From positions 62,001 through 126,000 of the forward strand of contig MFPR01000006.1 in NCBI GenBank assembly GCA_001784175.1: a stretch of DNA of 64,000 bases, read 5' to 3'. This DNA is from Candidatus Lindowbacteria bacterium RIFCSPLOWO2_12_FULL_62_27. GTDB lineage: Bacteria; Lindowbacteria; 2-12-FULL-62-27. The first letter of the stretch is position 1. Each line of letters opens with the position of its first letter. Below the pieces are notes generated by a model. The model had not been told where the DNA came from and did no database searches. It worked only from the letters and a program-made list of their open reading frames with translations. Positions 39,486-48,854 of this stretch are shown here, in pieces. The translations under genes were made by a program, and so were the position numbers.

Positions 39486-41319
39486 TAAGCCGGCGGACTT
39501 CCTCCTCCGTTTCGACGACGTGCATGGGCAGCCAATCCGAAAATTCCACCAGTCTCTTCCGGACGTCGCCGTTGGAGTGAATGATGATGCGCCGGCCGCG
39601 GCCGTTCCATTTCGATCCGATCCTGAACAACGCCCAGAGGCCTGAATCCGTCGCAAGGCCGATGTCCTTCAGATCAATCACGACGAGCGCGGTCCGCCGC
39701 TCGAGTTCCTGCGTCGTTTTCTCCAGGAGGAATCGGCCGGCCGGCAGAGAAAGATCGCCCTCCAGTTTCAAGCGCGGACATCCCCCGAACTGGTCCTCGG
39801 CGGCGCTGAACGCCAGCTCCTTTTCCTCGAACCGGATGCAGTCGATGAAGACCTTGACCAGTTGCGGATCGAACTGCGTCCCCACGCCTTTTCGAAGCTC
39901 TCCCACGGCCTCCTCGAACGACCGCGCCTTCCGGTAGGGCCGGTCGGTCGTCATCGCGTCGAAGGCGTCGGCGATGGACACGACGCGCGCCGCCAGCGGA
40001 ATCTGATCGCCCTTCAGGCCGTCCGGATAACCCTTCCCGTCCCACCGCTCGTGATGGTGCCGGACCACCACGCGTGCGGATTCCAGAAGTCTCACGCCGG
40101 ACAGAAGATCGTCGCCGACGGGCGGATGGAGCCGCATCTCCCGGAATTCGGCGTCGGTGAGCGCGCCCGGCTTTCGGAGGATCGCGTCCGGAATGGAGAT
40201 CTTGCCGATGTCGTGCAGGAGCGCGCCCAGCCGGATGTGATCGATCTCGTCCTCCTTCAGCCGCAGCGCGCGGGCGAGCGCGGTGGAATAGGCCATGACG
40301 TTTTCCGCGTGCATCGACGTGTAGGCGTCGCGCGCCTCGACCATGGACGCCAGCGCCGCAAGCACGCTCATCAGCGCCTCGCGCGTTTCAAACTCGGTCT
40401 TCGCCTGAAGCAGAATCAGCGACACGAGGTCGGCGAAAACGCAGAAGGTCGATAGCTTGTCGTCCGTGAGCCGGCCTTCGTGCTCGAGGACCGACACGAC
40501 GAGGACCCCGATGGCCGCGCCGTAGGCCTTGAGCGGGATGCACGCGTACTCCTTCGCGTAGGTCTTGTCCTTGGCGGCCTGGCCGAGGAGCCACGCGTAA
40601 TATACGGGGTCCTCGGCGCGGTCCCGGCAGACTTCCATTTCTCCCAGAAGCGACGCCCGGCAAATAGCGTGCGCGATTTCAACGCCCGGTTTCATCTCCA
40701 GCGCATATTCCTGCGCGCGGATGTAACTTTCGGGCAGGCCCACGCCAGCCATGCCGCGGATGCGGTTTCCGGTTTCGGTGACCAGAAACAGGACCACGCG
40801 CGAAAACCCGAACGCGGCCTTGATTTCCTCGCAGACGGCCATGAGGCGCGCCTCGTAGCCGGGCGTCGACAGGACTTTCTGGCACATCGTCAGCGCAAGC
40901 CGCATCGGGACATCGTCGGCCCGGCGCCGTTCTTCGCGCGCCTCGATCAGTGCCGTCACCCGGCGCAGCGCCGCCGGCAGGTAGGCGAGCCGGCTTTTCT
41001 GTATGACGTCCGTGGCGCCGCGCTGGAGGACATCGAGCAAGAGATCATGGGCAAAGGAGTCGGACAGGAGAATGAAAGGGACTTCCGGGCAATGCTGTTT
41101 TGCCAGAAGCAGGGCCGACACCCCGTCAAAGGACGGCAGGCCGAGGTCAGCGAGGATGACGTCCGGGCCGGCTTTTATTTTTTCCAGAAAATTATTTTTT
41201 GTTTCGACCCGCTCCATCTCAAACGCAAACCCGGCCCGGCGCAGTTCCATCTCAATGTTCCCCGCCTCCTCCGGATCGTGCTCCAGGAGCAGGATCCGCA
41301 ACGCCCGATTCAATGTCAC
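39466..41319 (-). CDS. REC-GAF-HD-GYP phosphodiesterase with C-terminal STAS-like domain
   Basis: LHDIGK, HHERWDGKGYP, DAFDAMTTDRPYR; LKLEGDL...VVIDLKD tail. Confidence 0.88.
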   Translation of the reverse strand: MTLNRALRILLLEHDPEEAGNIEMELRRAGFAFEMERVETKNNFLEKIKAGPDVILADLGLPSFDGVSALLLAKQHCPEVPFILLSDSFAHDLLLDVLQRGATDVIQKSRLAYLPAALRRVTALIEAREERRRADDVPMRLALTMCQKVLSTPGYEARLMAVCEEIKAAFGFSRVVLFLVTETGNRIRGMAGVGLPESYIRAQEYALEMKPGVEIAHAICRASLLGEMEVCRDRAEDPVYYAWLLGQAAKDKTYAKEYACIPLKAYGAAIGVLVVSVLEHEGRLTDDKLSTFCVFADLVSLILLQAKTEFETREALMSVLAALASMVEARDAYTSMHAENVMAYSTALARALRLKEDEIDHIRLGALLHDIGKISIPDAILRKPGALTDAEFREMRLHPPVGDDLLSGVRLLESARVVVRHHHERWDGKGYPDGLKGDQIPLAARVVSIADAFDAMTTDRPYRKARSFEEAVGELRKGVGTQFDPQLVKVFIDCIRFEEKELAFSAAEDQFGGCPRLKLEGDLSLPAGRFLLEKTTQELERRTALVVIDLKDIGLATDSGLWALFRIGSKWNGRGRRIIIHSNGDVRKRLVEFSDWLPMHVVETEEEVRRLISRPPA

Positions 41320-41615
41320 CGCGGCCTCCGCACCGCCCCCGGCGCCCGGCCCGGCGAAGCGGGTCGGAGCTGGAGAGACTCGCGCAGATGGATGGCCAGA
41401 ACGTTGATGTGGTTCAGAATGTCCGTGACGTCCGCCGCCTCCGGCAGGTCACGCTTCATCAATTTTCTTTCGAGCTTCAGGCACTTGAACGCAATCCGCC
41501 CGACCTGTTGGGACAGGTCGTCCATGTCGTCCGGGTTTTGGGCGTTCAGTTTGTGTTGAATCTCCCTCCATGCCGTGTCCATGGCGCATTTCCGCGCCCG
41601 CTTTTCCGCTTTCAA
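41316..41615 (-). CDS. Small helical hypothetical protein
   Basis: AAGGAGG RBS before TTG 41615; stop overlaps the HD-GYP start. Confidence 0.5.
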   Translation of the reverse strand: MKAEKRARKCAMDTAWREIQHKLNAQNPDDMDDLSQQVGRIAFKCLKLERKLMKRDLPEAADVTDILNHINVLAIHLRESLQLRPASPGRAPGAVRRPR

Positions 41616-41845
41616 GATAGACGCCTCCTTCTTCCCCGGGTATTGTGGAATCCCGGCGATTTCAAGCCCCTTCAGGCAATACGAATCCCCTTCCTTTTGT
41701 GCGACGCGCAAAAAAGGAGCGGCTCCCGTCCGGATCTATTTTTTCTCGATATAGTCGCGAGTATCAACCCAAACGGAGGATAAATCAAGTCCCGGCGATG
41801 GAATTTCCGAAATATTTTTCCCCCCTTTACAAGGGGGTGAGAGGG

Positions 41846-42142
41846 TTACGCCGGTAAAAGATCAATCTTCAGACGTGCGCCAGTCGCTTCAGCAATCTTT
41901 TCCAGTGTTTTTAAAGTAAAGCCTTCGTATTCCCCGCTTTCGATCCTTGATACGGCCTGCTGGCTGGTTCCCATCGCCTTCGCCAACTCTTTCTGGGTCA
42001 GACCCCTTCTCTCCCGGAGTTTGGAGATTTTGATGGCCAGCGCAAGCGCACGGCGTTCCTCGTCAAAATGTTTCCTGAATTCGGGATCCTTCAATTCCTT
42101 TTTGAGGTGTTCCTGAAAAGTTCTGATCTTCGGTTTTCTCAT
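41846..42142 (-). CDS. HigA-like XRE HTH antitoxin
   Basis: LKDPEFRKHF...GLTQKELA..MGTSQQAVSRIESG. Confidence 0.9.
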   Translation of the reverse strand: MRKPKIRTFQEHLKKELKDPEFRKHFDEERRALALAIKISKLRERRGLTQKELAKAMGTSQQAVSRIESGEYEGFTLKTLEKIAEATGARLKIDLLPA

Positions 42143-42148
42143 GGGCGT

Positions 42149-42502
42149 TCAACCTCCTCTCGGGTGTCTGGCGATCCAGTCCGCCATGCGGCTTTCCGCT
42201 AAAGTGATATCGCTCTCCTTCAGCTTCGGCGTTGTCTTCAGCAGGGCGTGAAGCAACACAATGCGTCCTTCAAGAAAGAAAAAGTGCAAAATCCGGTATT
42301 TTTTTGAACCCATCTGAACCCTCAATTCCCGAATCTTTCCACGTACGTGATCCGCGTACGGCCGTTTAAGATCGGGACCGTATTGAGCCAACAGGTCGAT
42401 ATGGGCCATGACCTTCGCACGAGACTTCTTGTCCATGTTGTCCAAGAACTCAAGGACAGGTTGGTCTCCTCGTTCCGTGCTGTAGTAAATAAGCGAGTAC
42501 AC
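42149..42502 (-). CDS. RelE/HigB (Gp49-like) toxin
   Basis: GDQPVLEFL...GPDLKRPYA...IRELR...YRILHFF...LLHALLKTT; toxin-first gene order. Confidence 0.9.
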   Translation of the reverse strand: MYSLIYYSTERGDQPVLEFLDNMDKKSRAKVMAHIDLLAQYGPDLKRPYADHVRGKIRELRVQMGSKKYRILHFFFLEGRIVLLHALLKTTPKLKESDITLAESRMADWIARHPRGG

Positions 42503-42511
42503 GCAGAAAAT

Positions 42512-42537
42512 ATACATCAGAACTGATGTATTGTCAA
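42512..42537 (-). promoter_or_regulatory. higBA promoter/operator
   Basis: Inverted repeat ATACATCAG-AA-CTGATGTAT next to minus-strand TTGACA. Confidence 0.7.
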
Positions 42538-42562
42538 ATTTGGAAAATTTTCTCATCAGATG

Positions 42563-42814
42563 GTGCCAGGTATTGAGTTTTTGGGGAAAGGACGCCATTC
42601 AAATAAAGGCGGGGGTCTTGCACATGAGACCGCACCGAATTCGAGCGCCGGGGACTTTGTCCCACGAGACCTCGCGTGGAAATCCGGATGGTCGAAATAG
42701 CCGGCACGATCCGGCGAACGACCCCCGCCGCCGTCCGATTCGATGGGTTTTTCTCACTATCATATCTGACCGTTTGGCGTTCTTTCCAAAACTCATAAAC
42801 TCAATACCTGGCAC
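42563..42814 (+). mobile_element. Decayed second-family RAYT element (TIRs plus transposase N-terminal remnant)
   Basis: 18-bp perfect inverted repeat GTGCCAGGTATTGAGTTT / AAACTCAATACCTGGCAC; internal ATG 42624 reads MRPHRIRAPGTLSHETSRGN. Confidence 0.75.
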
Positions 42815-42870
42815 TATCAGCCCCTATCAGCCCTGGCACTATCAGCCCTACTATCATCCCTATCAGCCCC
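42807..42870. repeat. Tandem CTATCAGCCC repeats, including a duplicated CCTGGCAC element end
   Basis: Five CTATCA(G/T)CCC units; CCTGGCACTATCAGCCC occurs twice. Confidence 0.85.
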
Positions 42871-42881
42871 TCGGACCGCGC

Positions 42882-43826
42882 TTATTCAACCCCCAAGAGC
42901 TTCTTGTATTCGGTGATGGCCTCCGGTGTGAGCGGGCGGCCGCTGTTTTCCGGTCTGGCGTCAACCCCATAAAACACCGCGTGCGCTTCATCCGGCTCGG
43001 CCAAGAAGATGGACGAAAGCAGACGCCATTGGCCCTTCGAACCGACTTCCTCCGTCACGCGTAGAAACTGATGAATATTGTTTTTCGTGCTGTATACATT
43101 GCGGGTAATCAGGAAGAACAAGTTCTCTTCGTCGTCTTCTGTTTCCTTGCTGGGTTCTCCGTCGTCCCCGTCCGCCCCACGCCGCTTCCGCACGTCCTTT
43201 TCGGCATCGTCGGACCTCGGCGATTCCCGAACCAGTGGAACGATTTGAGGCGCCGCAAATCCAACCCCCCGGCATTCGTCGGTCGTACCCCACATTACGT
43301 CCGGATCCATCCCTTTCGTATCCTCGGGGCGGACGCAGAAAACCTCCTCGAAATCGTGTTCGAATGAAGAAGCCCACAACATGGAAGATCCAAGGCGGAC
43401 GAAGTCCAGCGCATCGGTTTCGGTTCGGATCTTGACATAGCCACGAAGGTCGTTGAGCGTCTGAACAGGACGAATCAGAGTGTCGCCTTCCACCAGTTTG
43501 ATGTCGAATCTGCCGGCTCGTCGTGCCTCTTTGGATTGTTTTTGGATTTTCACAAGGTACATCTTGGGCGGCACCCCCCAGAGTGCCCCCCCCTTCATAT
43601 GCCCACTCTTGTTTTCCACTAATATCAAAACTTTTTCTTTCATCATCGGTCTGGACAAATGAAGACCGGCCTTTTTCGTACTTCTATCTATTCGATGAAA
43701 CCGCATTCCGGCAAAGTCGATGTGACCGCCAACGACAGACGGATACCACAGATTTTCGGCAGACGACGCCTGAACTGACAAAACGCCAATACTCATACAG
43801 AGTAAAAAGATTCTGACTATGCGCAT
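42882..43826 (-). CDS. Secreted hypothetical protein (possible partner or immunity protein)
   Basis: 314-aa ORF with signal peptide, lower GC, overlapping the upstream stop. Confidence 0.6.
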   Translation of the reverse strand: MRIVRIFLLCMSIGVLSVQASSAENLWYPSVVGGHIDFAGMRFHRIDRSTKKAGLHLSRPMMKEKVLILVENKSGHMKGGALWGVPPKMYLVKIQKQSKEARRAGRFDIKLVEGDTLIRPVQTLNDLRGYVKIRTETDALDFVRLGSSMLWASSFEHDFEEVFCVRPEDTKGMDPDVMWGTTDECRGVGFAAPQIVPLVRESPRSDDAEKDVRKRRGADGDDGEPSKETEDDEENLFFLITRNVYSTKNNIHQFLRVTEEVGSKGQWRLLSSIFLAEPDEAHAVFYGVDARPENSGRPLTPEAITEYKKLLGVE

Positions 43827-45127
43827 ATATCACCACTCCTCATAAACTTTCGCAAATGTTTTCTAAATTTTGTCAAGAATTCCTTCTCCTTCGAACCCGG
43901 CGTCGCCGCATTCCATTTGTTTCGGAGGCACACCAGTTGTTCCAAGATTGCCCGCTGTTCGCTTCGTTCACAATCCGCGTCATCGTCGTACTTGGGCGCC
44001 ATCACGCAACAGCACCCCTGGCACCGGTCCTCATATCCGTTGATCGGGTCGTTCAACCAGTCGATATGATCCTTCTCGTGCTCTTGCGAGCATTCCCGCG
44101 CCATGTCCGCATATTGATCTCGCTCGGACGAGGTCGAGCCTGCCGGCGCGAATCGGTCGGTGGATTTTCTGTACGCATCACGGTTCTTTTGAATGAATCT
44201 AAAGCCCCCGTCGCCATCGCAGTGTACACCCGCCAAAAAATCCTCCTTTTCCAGTTCCTCGAATATTTTTGCCGTGAGATTGCATGAAGATCCGGGCGTC
44301 GGACACAATTCATCCTGAAAGTCCGCCGCAGACAATCCACTGGTGTTCATTGCCTCCTGATAGTCTCCCGCCACCACTTTCTTGGTCGCCCGGTTGACCT
44401 CCGCCGCGGACATCCCGTCCGGTGGTCCGGGCATTCGCCAGACCCATTCCAATTCATACAAGCCGTCGTCCAAGAATTTAATGCCCACCGGATTTCCGAA
44501 TTCGGGAAAATCCTGATTGGACGCGCCCATGTTTCCGCTGCTGACTTCGTCTCCATTTACCCCAAACTGATGGTCCGTATAACCGCTGCCGTCATGCTGC
44601 CGGACATGAAAATCGCTCTGCTTGGTCGTGAAGAGCCCGGCCGGGCTGTTGACCGGATCGGGTTCCTCGACATCGCTCCCGTCCCTCAGCTTGGGAACAT
44701 ACTCGGTCGTTTCATTCAGCTTGGCCATACACGGTCCCGTGAGGACAAAATCTTCCCCTGCGGCGATCCCCGTGATATCGAATGTGTACTTGCATCCGTT
44801 GACGGTGGCTGAATAGAATCCGACCCCCGGCAGAATGGAGATTTGCCCCACCAGTCCGAGAAGCGCGCCCGTATCGCTGAAACGGAATTCACGCGCATTG
44901 ACGACATACCAGTCTCCTTCCAATAGTCCCAACGGATCCGTGAGATCATGCTTGCCGAACCCGTTCGGCACGGCGGGGAAATCCCCATTGCAAGTCGTGC
45001 CTGTGAACGTCAAGAATTCCCCGTCCGCCGTTCGATGGGACGCGTAGTTGGCCGAAATCGCGACGACGACCAGAATCAGCGAAAGAACTGCAACCCCGAG
45101 CCATTTGTTGCAAATGTACTTCAGCAT
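43817..45127 (-). CDS. Secreted Cys-rich hypothetical protein with C-terminal HExxH motif
   Basis: N-terminal signal/TM segment; ECSQEHEKDH...CERSEQRA C-terminus. Confidence 0.6.
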   Translation of the reverse strand: MLKYICNKWLGVAVLSLILVVVAISANYASHRTADGEFLTFTGTTCNGDFPAVPNGFGKHDLTDPLGLLEGDWYVVNAREFRFSDTGALLGLVGQISILPGVGFYSATVNGCKYTFDITGIAAGEDFVLTGPCMAKLNETTEYVPKLRDGSDVEEPDPVNSPAGLFTTKQSDFHVRQHDGSGYTDHQFGVNGDEVSSGNMGASNQDFPEFGNPVGIKFLDDGLYELEWVWRMPGPPDGMSAAEVNRATKKVVAGDYQEAMNTSGLSAADFQDELCPTPGSSCNLTAKIFEELEKEDFLAGVHCDGDGGFRFIQKNRDAYRKSTDRFAPAGSTSSERDQYADMARECSQEHEKDHIDWLNDPINGYEDRCQGCCCVMAPKYDDDADCERSEQRAILEQLVCLRNKWNAATPGSKEKEFLTKFRKHLRKFMRSGDICA

Positions 45128-45262
45128 CGTAACTCTACTTATATCAAGGAAAAAAAAAAAACTTGTCAAGCACAATTTTTTCCTGTGAATTTTTCCTGTG
45201 AAAAAAGACGCCTTGCAATCCCCGAAAAGCATTGTATTTTCAGTCAGGAGCGAATAACAGAC

Positions 45263-45505
45263 ATGGAACCGTTGCCGCAGGAATTCTGGGTCAAGGTGAC
45301 GCCGCGCGCGTCAAAGGACGAGGTCGTCGGTTGGGCGGACCAAGTGCTGAAGGCGCGCGTGCGCGCGGTCCCGGAGGGCGGTCGCGCGAACGAGGCGCTG
45401 GTAGAACTGCTGTCGGATTATTGCGGCCTTCCGAAATCGGCGTTCACGATCGTTCGCGGCCATACGGCGCGTCTCAAGCGCATCCGCGTGGCGCGGCGGA
45501 CATGA
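45263..45505 (+). CDS. DUF167/YggU family protein
   Basis: VKVTPRASK...AVPEGGRANEAL...GHTARLK. Confidence 0.92.
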   Translation: MEPLPQEFWVKVTPRASKDEVVGWADQVLKARVRAVPEGGRANEALVELLSDYCGLPKSAFTIVRGHTARLKRIRVARRT

Positions 45506-46185
45506 AAATCCTCAAAATCGGGCATCGGGGCGCCAGGCTCTATGAGCCGGAGAACACGCTGCGCAGTTTCGCCGCCGCGGTCCGGCTCGGCGTCGATTAC
45601 GCCGAATTCGACGTCCGGTTTAGCTTGGAGAAAATCCCTGTTGTCATCCATGACGAAACCGTCGACCGGACAACCCGCGGTCGCGGGCGGGTGGGGCGTC
45701 TGACCCTGCCGGCCCTGAGGCGCCTCGACGCGGGCCGGGGCGAGAAAATTCCCACGCTGGAGGAGGCCCTGCGGTTCCTCCGGGACCACCGGACGGGCGC
45801 GCTGGTGGAGCTCAAGGAAAAACACGGCGTGGACAGGGTCGTCCGCGCGGTCGAGAAATCCGGCGCGCGGTCCATTCTGATTTCATTTTATCCGGAGGTT
45901 CTCAAGGAGATCGCGCATCTCAATCCGGAACTTCCGACCGGCCTGATTTTCTCGAATCCCATCCGAAAACGCGCCGGATTTTTCCGGCTCGCCAAAACCT
46001 GCCGGGCCCGGTGGCTGCTCGGTCACATCCGCGCGTTGAGCCGCCCCTTCGTCGACACCGCCCACCGGTTGGGATTCCAGGTCGAAGCGTGGGTGGCGAA
46101 CGACCGGCGGGCGGTGCGGCGGCTCGCGGCGATGGGCGTCGACGCGATCGCAAGCGACAAACCGGACCTCTTGCAGGGCGTGTGA
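45502..46185 (+). CDS. Glycerophosphodiester phosphodiesterase
   Basis: GHRGA...PENTL...EFDV...HDETVDRTT. Confidence 0.93.
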   Translation: MKILKIGHRGARLYEPENTLRSFAAAVRLGVDYAEFDVRFSLEKIPVVIHDETVDRTTRGRGRVGRLTLPALRRLDAGRGEKIPTLEEALRFLRDHRTGALVELKEKHGVDRVVRAVEKSGARSILISFYPEVLKEIAHLNPELPTGLIFSNPIRKRAGFFRLAKTCRARWLLGHIRALSRPFVDTAHRLGFQVEAWVANDRRAVRRLAAMGVDAIASDKPDLLQGV

Positions 46186-48203
46186 CTTGCTTGACGAAGA
46201 CGCGCGCCGCCGCGCTGATCGCCGTGTTTCTCGCGGGAGCCGCGCCCGCCATGGCTGACGCGATGTCGGCGCTGAAGGCATCGATCCTTTCCATCAACCA
46301 CGCATGGCGGTTCCGGCCGGACCCGCACGATACAGGGCTGCGTGACGAATGGTTCCGCACGGACTTCGACGACAGCCGGTGGTCAATGATCGACGCCGGC
46401 AAGACTTGGGAATCGCAGGGATTCCCCGAGTACGACGGCGTCGGCTGGTACCGCAAGCGGATCGACATCCCGGCGGACTGGAAGGGAACGATCGTGCGGC
46501 TGGCGGCGAGCGGGGTCGACGACGAATACGACGTGTACGTGAACGGGACGTTCGTACGGCATCACGGCGAGAAACCGGACCGGTCGGTCTGGAACTGGCA
46601 AACCTACACGCGACTCGATCCGCATCTCGAGTTCGGGAAGGCCAACACGCTCGCGATCCGCGTGAACGACTGGGGCGGGGGTGGCGGGATCTGGCGCGAC
46701 ATCGCGGTCCGCCGCGCGCTGCCGATGGGGCCGTACAGGGACTTTCTTCCCGAGCCGATGCTGCCGGCGCATCCGGAATGGATCGACCTTTACTGGGAGG
46801 CGTGGCGGATGGCGTGGGAGAAAATATCTTTCGGCACGCCCGAAAACGGCCTCGCCGCCGCGTACATGGATGAGGGCTTCAATGAGCAGATTTATCAATG
46901 GGACAGCGTCTTCATGTGCCTTTTTGCCCGCTACGGCCTGCGGCTGTTCCCGGTCATGCCGACCCTCGACAATTTTTACGGCAAGCAGCGCGAGAACGGA
47001 TACATCCAGCGATGCTATTCGGAATCGGACGGCCGCGAAGTCCAGACGCCGACGCCGGACGACCCCGGCGTCAACCCGCCGCTGTTTGCGTGGGTCGAGT
47101 GGGAGTATTACGCCTTCACCGGCGACCGCTCGCGCCTCCTGCGAGTGTTTCCGAAACTCGAAAAATATTTCTTGTGGCTCGAGGACAACGCCCGCGCGCC
47201 CGAAGGCCGCGGGCTTTATTATCAGACGGATCTCGGCAGCGGCATGGACAACACGCCGCGCGGGGACGTCACGCGGTCCGCCTGGTCGGACATGTCGATC
47301 CAGCAGGCGCTGGCCGCCGGATATCTTGCGCGAATGGCCGCCGTTCTGGGCGATCGGGAGAAGGAGGCGTTCTGGCGCCGGGAGCACGCGGACCTCAAAG
47401 ACCGGATCAACGAACTTTTGTGGGACGAGGCCGACGGATTCTATTACGACCTTCTCCGGTCCGGCGAGAAATCCCACGTCAAACACATCGGCGCCTTCTG
47501 GGCCATGCTCGCGTCCGTCGCGGACGGCCAACGGACGGCGCGGCTGGTGGACCACCTCAAGAATCCGGCCGAGTTTTATCGCCCGCATCTGTTCCCCACC
47601 TTGGCCGCGTCCGAGAAAACGTACGCGGCGGCCGGCCACTACTGGCGGGGCAGCGTCTGGGCGCCGACGAATTACATGGTCATCCAGGGCCTTGAGCGGC
47701 GCGGATACGGAGACCTCGCGCGCGAGGCGGCGGAAAATCACGTGAGGCACATGGCGCAGGTGTACGCCGACCCGCCGGCGGACGAGCACCGGATCGCGCC
47801 CGAGGAGCGGCGCGATGCGTATCGGACGATCTGGGAATGCTATTCGCCCGAACGCCCCGCGCCGGCCACGCGATGGGACAACACGTTCTACTCGCGGCAG
47901 GATTTCGTCGGCTGGTCGGGCCTCGGCCCCATTGCGATGCTCATCGAAAATATTCTGGGGTTCGAGGTCCGCGGCGCGGAAAACATTCTCGTCTGGACCC
48001 TGACCCGCTCCGACACGCACGGCATCCGGCGCCTGCCGGTTGGACCTGACAATCGAGTGAGCCTCGAAGCGTCGCCGGGGCGCAGCGGCCGGATTTCAGT
48101 GCGAATCATCGCGGAAAAAGAATTCGCGCTGGAGATCCGCCGGCCCGGCGCCGCGGCGCGTCGGATCCGGGTCAAGCCTGGCAGGAGCACGGTCCGACTG
48201 TGA
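46182..48203 (+). CDS. Secreted glycoside hydrolase: jelly-roll sugar-binding domain plus (alpha/alpha)6 GH63/MGH1/trehalase-like domain
   Basis: YDGVGWYRK...GGGGIW N-domain; IYQWDS, NPPLF, SGMDNTPR, YWRGSVW, IWECY. Confidence 0.82.
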   Translation: MTCLTKTRAAALIAVFLAGAAPAMADAMSALKASILSINHAWRFRPDPHDTGLRDEWFRTDFDDSRWSMIDAGKTWESQGFPEYDGVGWYRKRIDIPADWKGTIVRLAASGVDDEYDVYVNGTFVRHHGEKPDRSVWNWQTYTRLDPHLEFGKANTLAIRVNDWGGGGGIWRDIAVRRALPMGPYRDFLPEPMLPAHPEWIDLYWEAWRMAWEKISFGTPENGLAAAYMDEGFNEQIYQWDSVFMCLFARYGLRLFPVMPTLDNFYGKQRENGYIQRCYSESDGREVQTPTPDDPGVNPPLFAWVEWEYYAFTGDRSRLLRVFPKLEKYFLWLEDNARAPEGRGLYYQTDLGSGMDNTPRGDVTRSAWSDMSIQQALAAGYLARMAAVLGDREKEAFWRREHADLKDRINELLWDEADGFYYDLLRSGEKSHVKHIGAFWAMLASVADGQRTARLVDHLKNPAEFYRPHLFPTLAASEKTYAAAGHYWRGSVWAPTNYMVIQGLERRGYGDLAREAAENHVRHMAQVYADPPADEHRIAPEERRDAYRTIWECYSPERPAPATRWDNTFYSRQDFVGWSGLGPIAMLIENILGFEVRGAENILVWTLTRSDTHGIRRLPVGPDNRVSLEASPGRSGRISVRIIAEKEFALEIRRPGAAARRIRVKPGRSTVRL

Positions 48204-48278
48204 CAGCATATTGAAAGTGCGCCAAATGTTTGATATCCGGTCTCAGCATTCTGAGAAGGCAAAAGGGGGCAAGCGCTC

Positions 48279-48854
48279 ATGAACTATTTGAAGACAGGCA
48301 TGGTGATTTTGATCGCGATCGGAGTGACCGGTTGCGCCGCATCGTCGGCCAGAAAAAAACCGGCTCCGGCGGCGCCGGCGCCCGTGCCGGAAAAACCCGC
48401 CGACTGGGACAAGGACGGCGTTCCGGATCAGGCCGACAAATGTCCGGATGCGGCGGAAACGCCCAACGGCTACCGCGATGACGACGGCTGTCCGGACGCC
48501 GACCCGTCCAGGGCCGTCCTGACGGGCGCCGTCGTGTTTGAACTCAACAGCGTGAATCTGAAGGCTGCATCGGACGGAATCATCGGCCAGACGGCGGATC
48601 TCCTCGTGAAAAATCCGGCGTGGAAAGTCCGGATCGAGGGCCACACGGACACGTATGGCGCACCGGCCTACAACCTGGACCTGTCGAGGCGCCGGGCGGA
48701 GAGCGTGAAATCGCGCCTCGTCAAGAAATTCGGCGCCGCGCCGGAGCGGGTCACCACGGCCGGCTACGGCGGAACGCGCCCGATCGCGTCGCTGGAGACG
48801 CGCGAAGGCCGCCTGGCGAACCGGCGGATCGAGTTCGTGTTTGGCGAGGACTAA
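48279..48854 (+). CDS. OmpA-family lipoprotein with TSP3-like Ca-binding repeats
   Basis: VTGC lipobox; DKDGVPDQADKCP and DDDGCPD; IEGHTD...NLDLSRRRA...NRRIE. Confidence 0.92.
   Translation: MNYLKTGMVILIAIGVTGCAASSARKKPAPAAPAPVPEKPADWDKDGVPDQADKCPDAAETPNGYRDDDGCPDADPSRAVLTGAVVFELNSVNLKAASDGIIGQTADLLVKNPAWKVRIEGHTDTYGAPAYNLDLSRRRAESVKSRLVKKFGAAPERVTTAGYGGTRPIASLETREGRLANRRIEFVFGED

Noticed and set aside
41819-41845. CCCCCTT-TAC-AAGGGGG hairpin as another mobile repeat
   Set aside because: Single copy in the window; it may simply be the higBA terminator.
42807-42870. CRISPR array
   Set aside because: Units are only ~10 bp, there are no unique spacers, and no cas genes are in the window.
7500-48020. 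Numerous long overlapping ORFs (e.g. 7500-8987, 10097-11707, 26603-27961, 46383-48020)
   Set aside because: Opposite-strand shadows of well-supported genes, expected at high GC.
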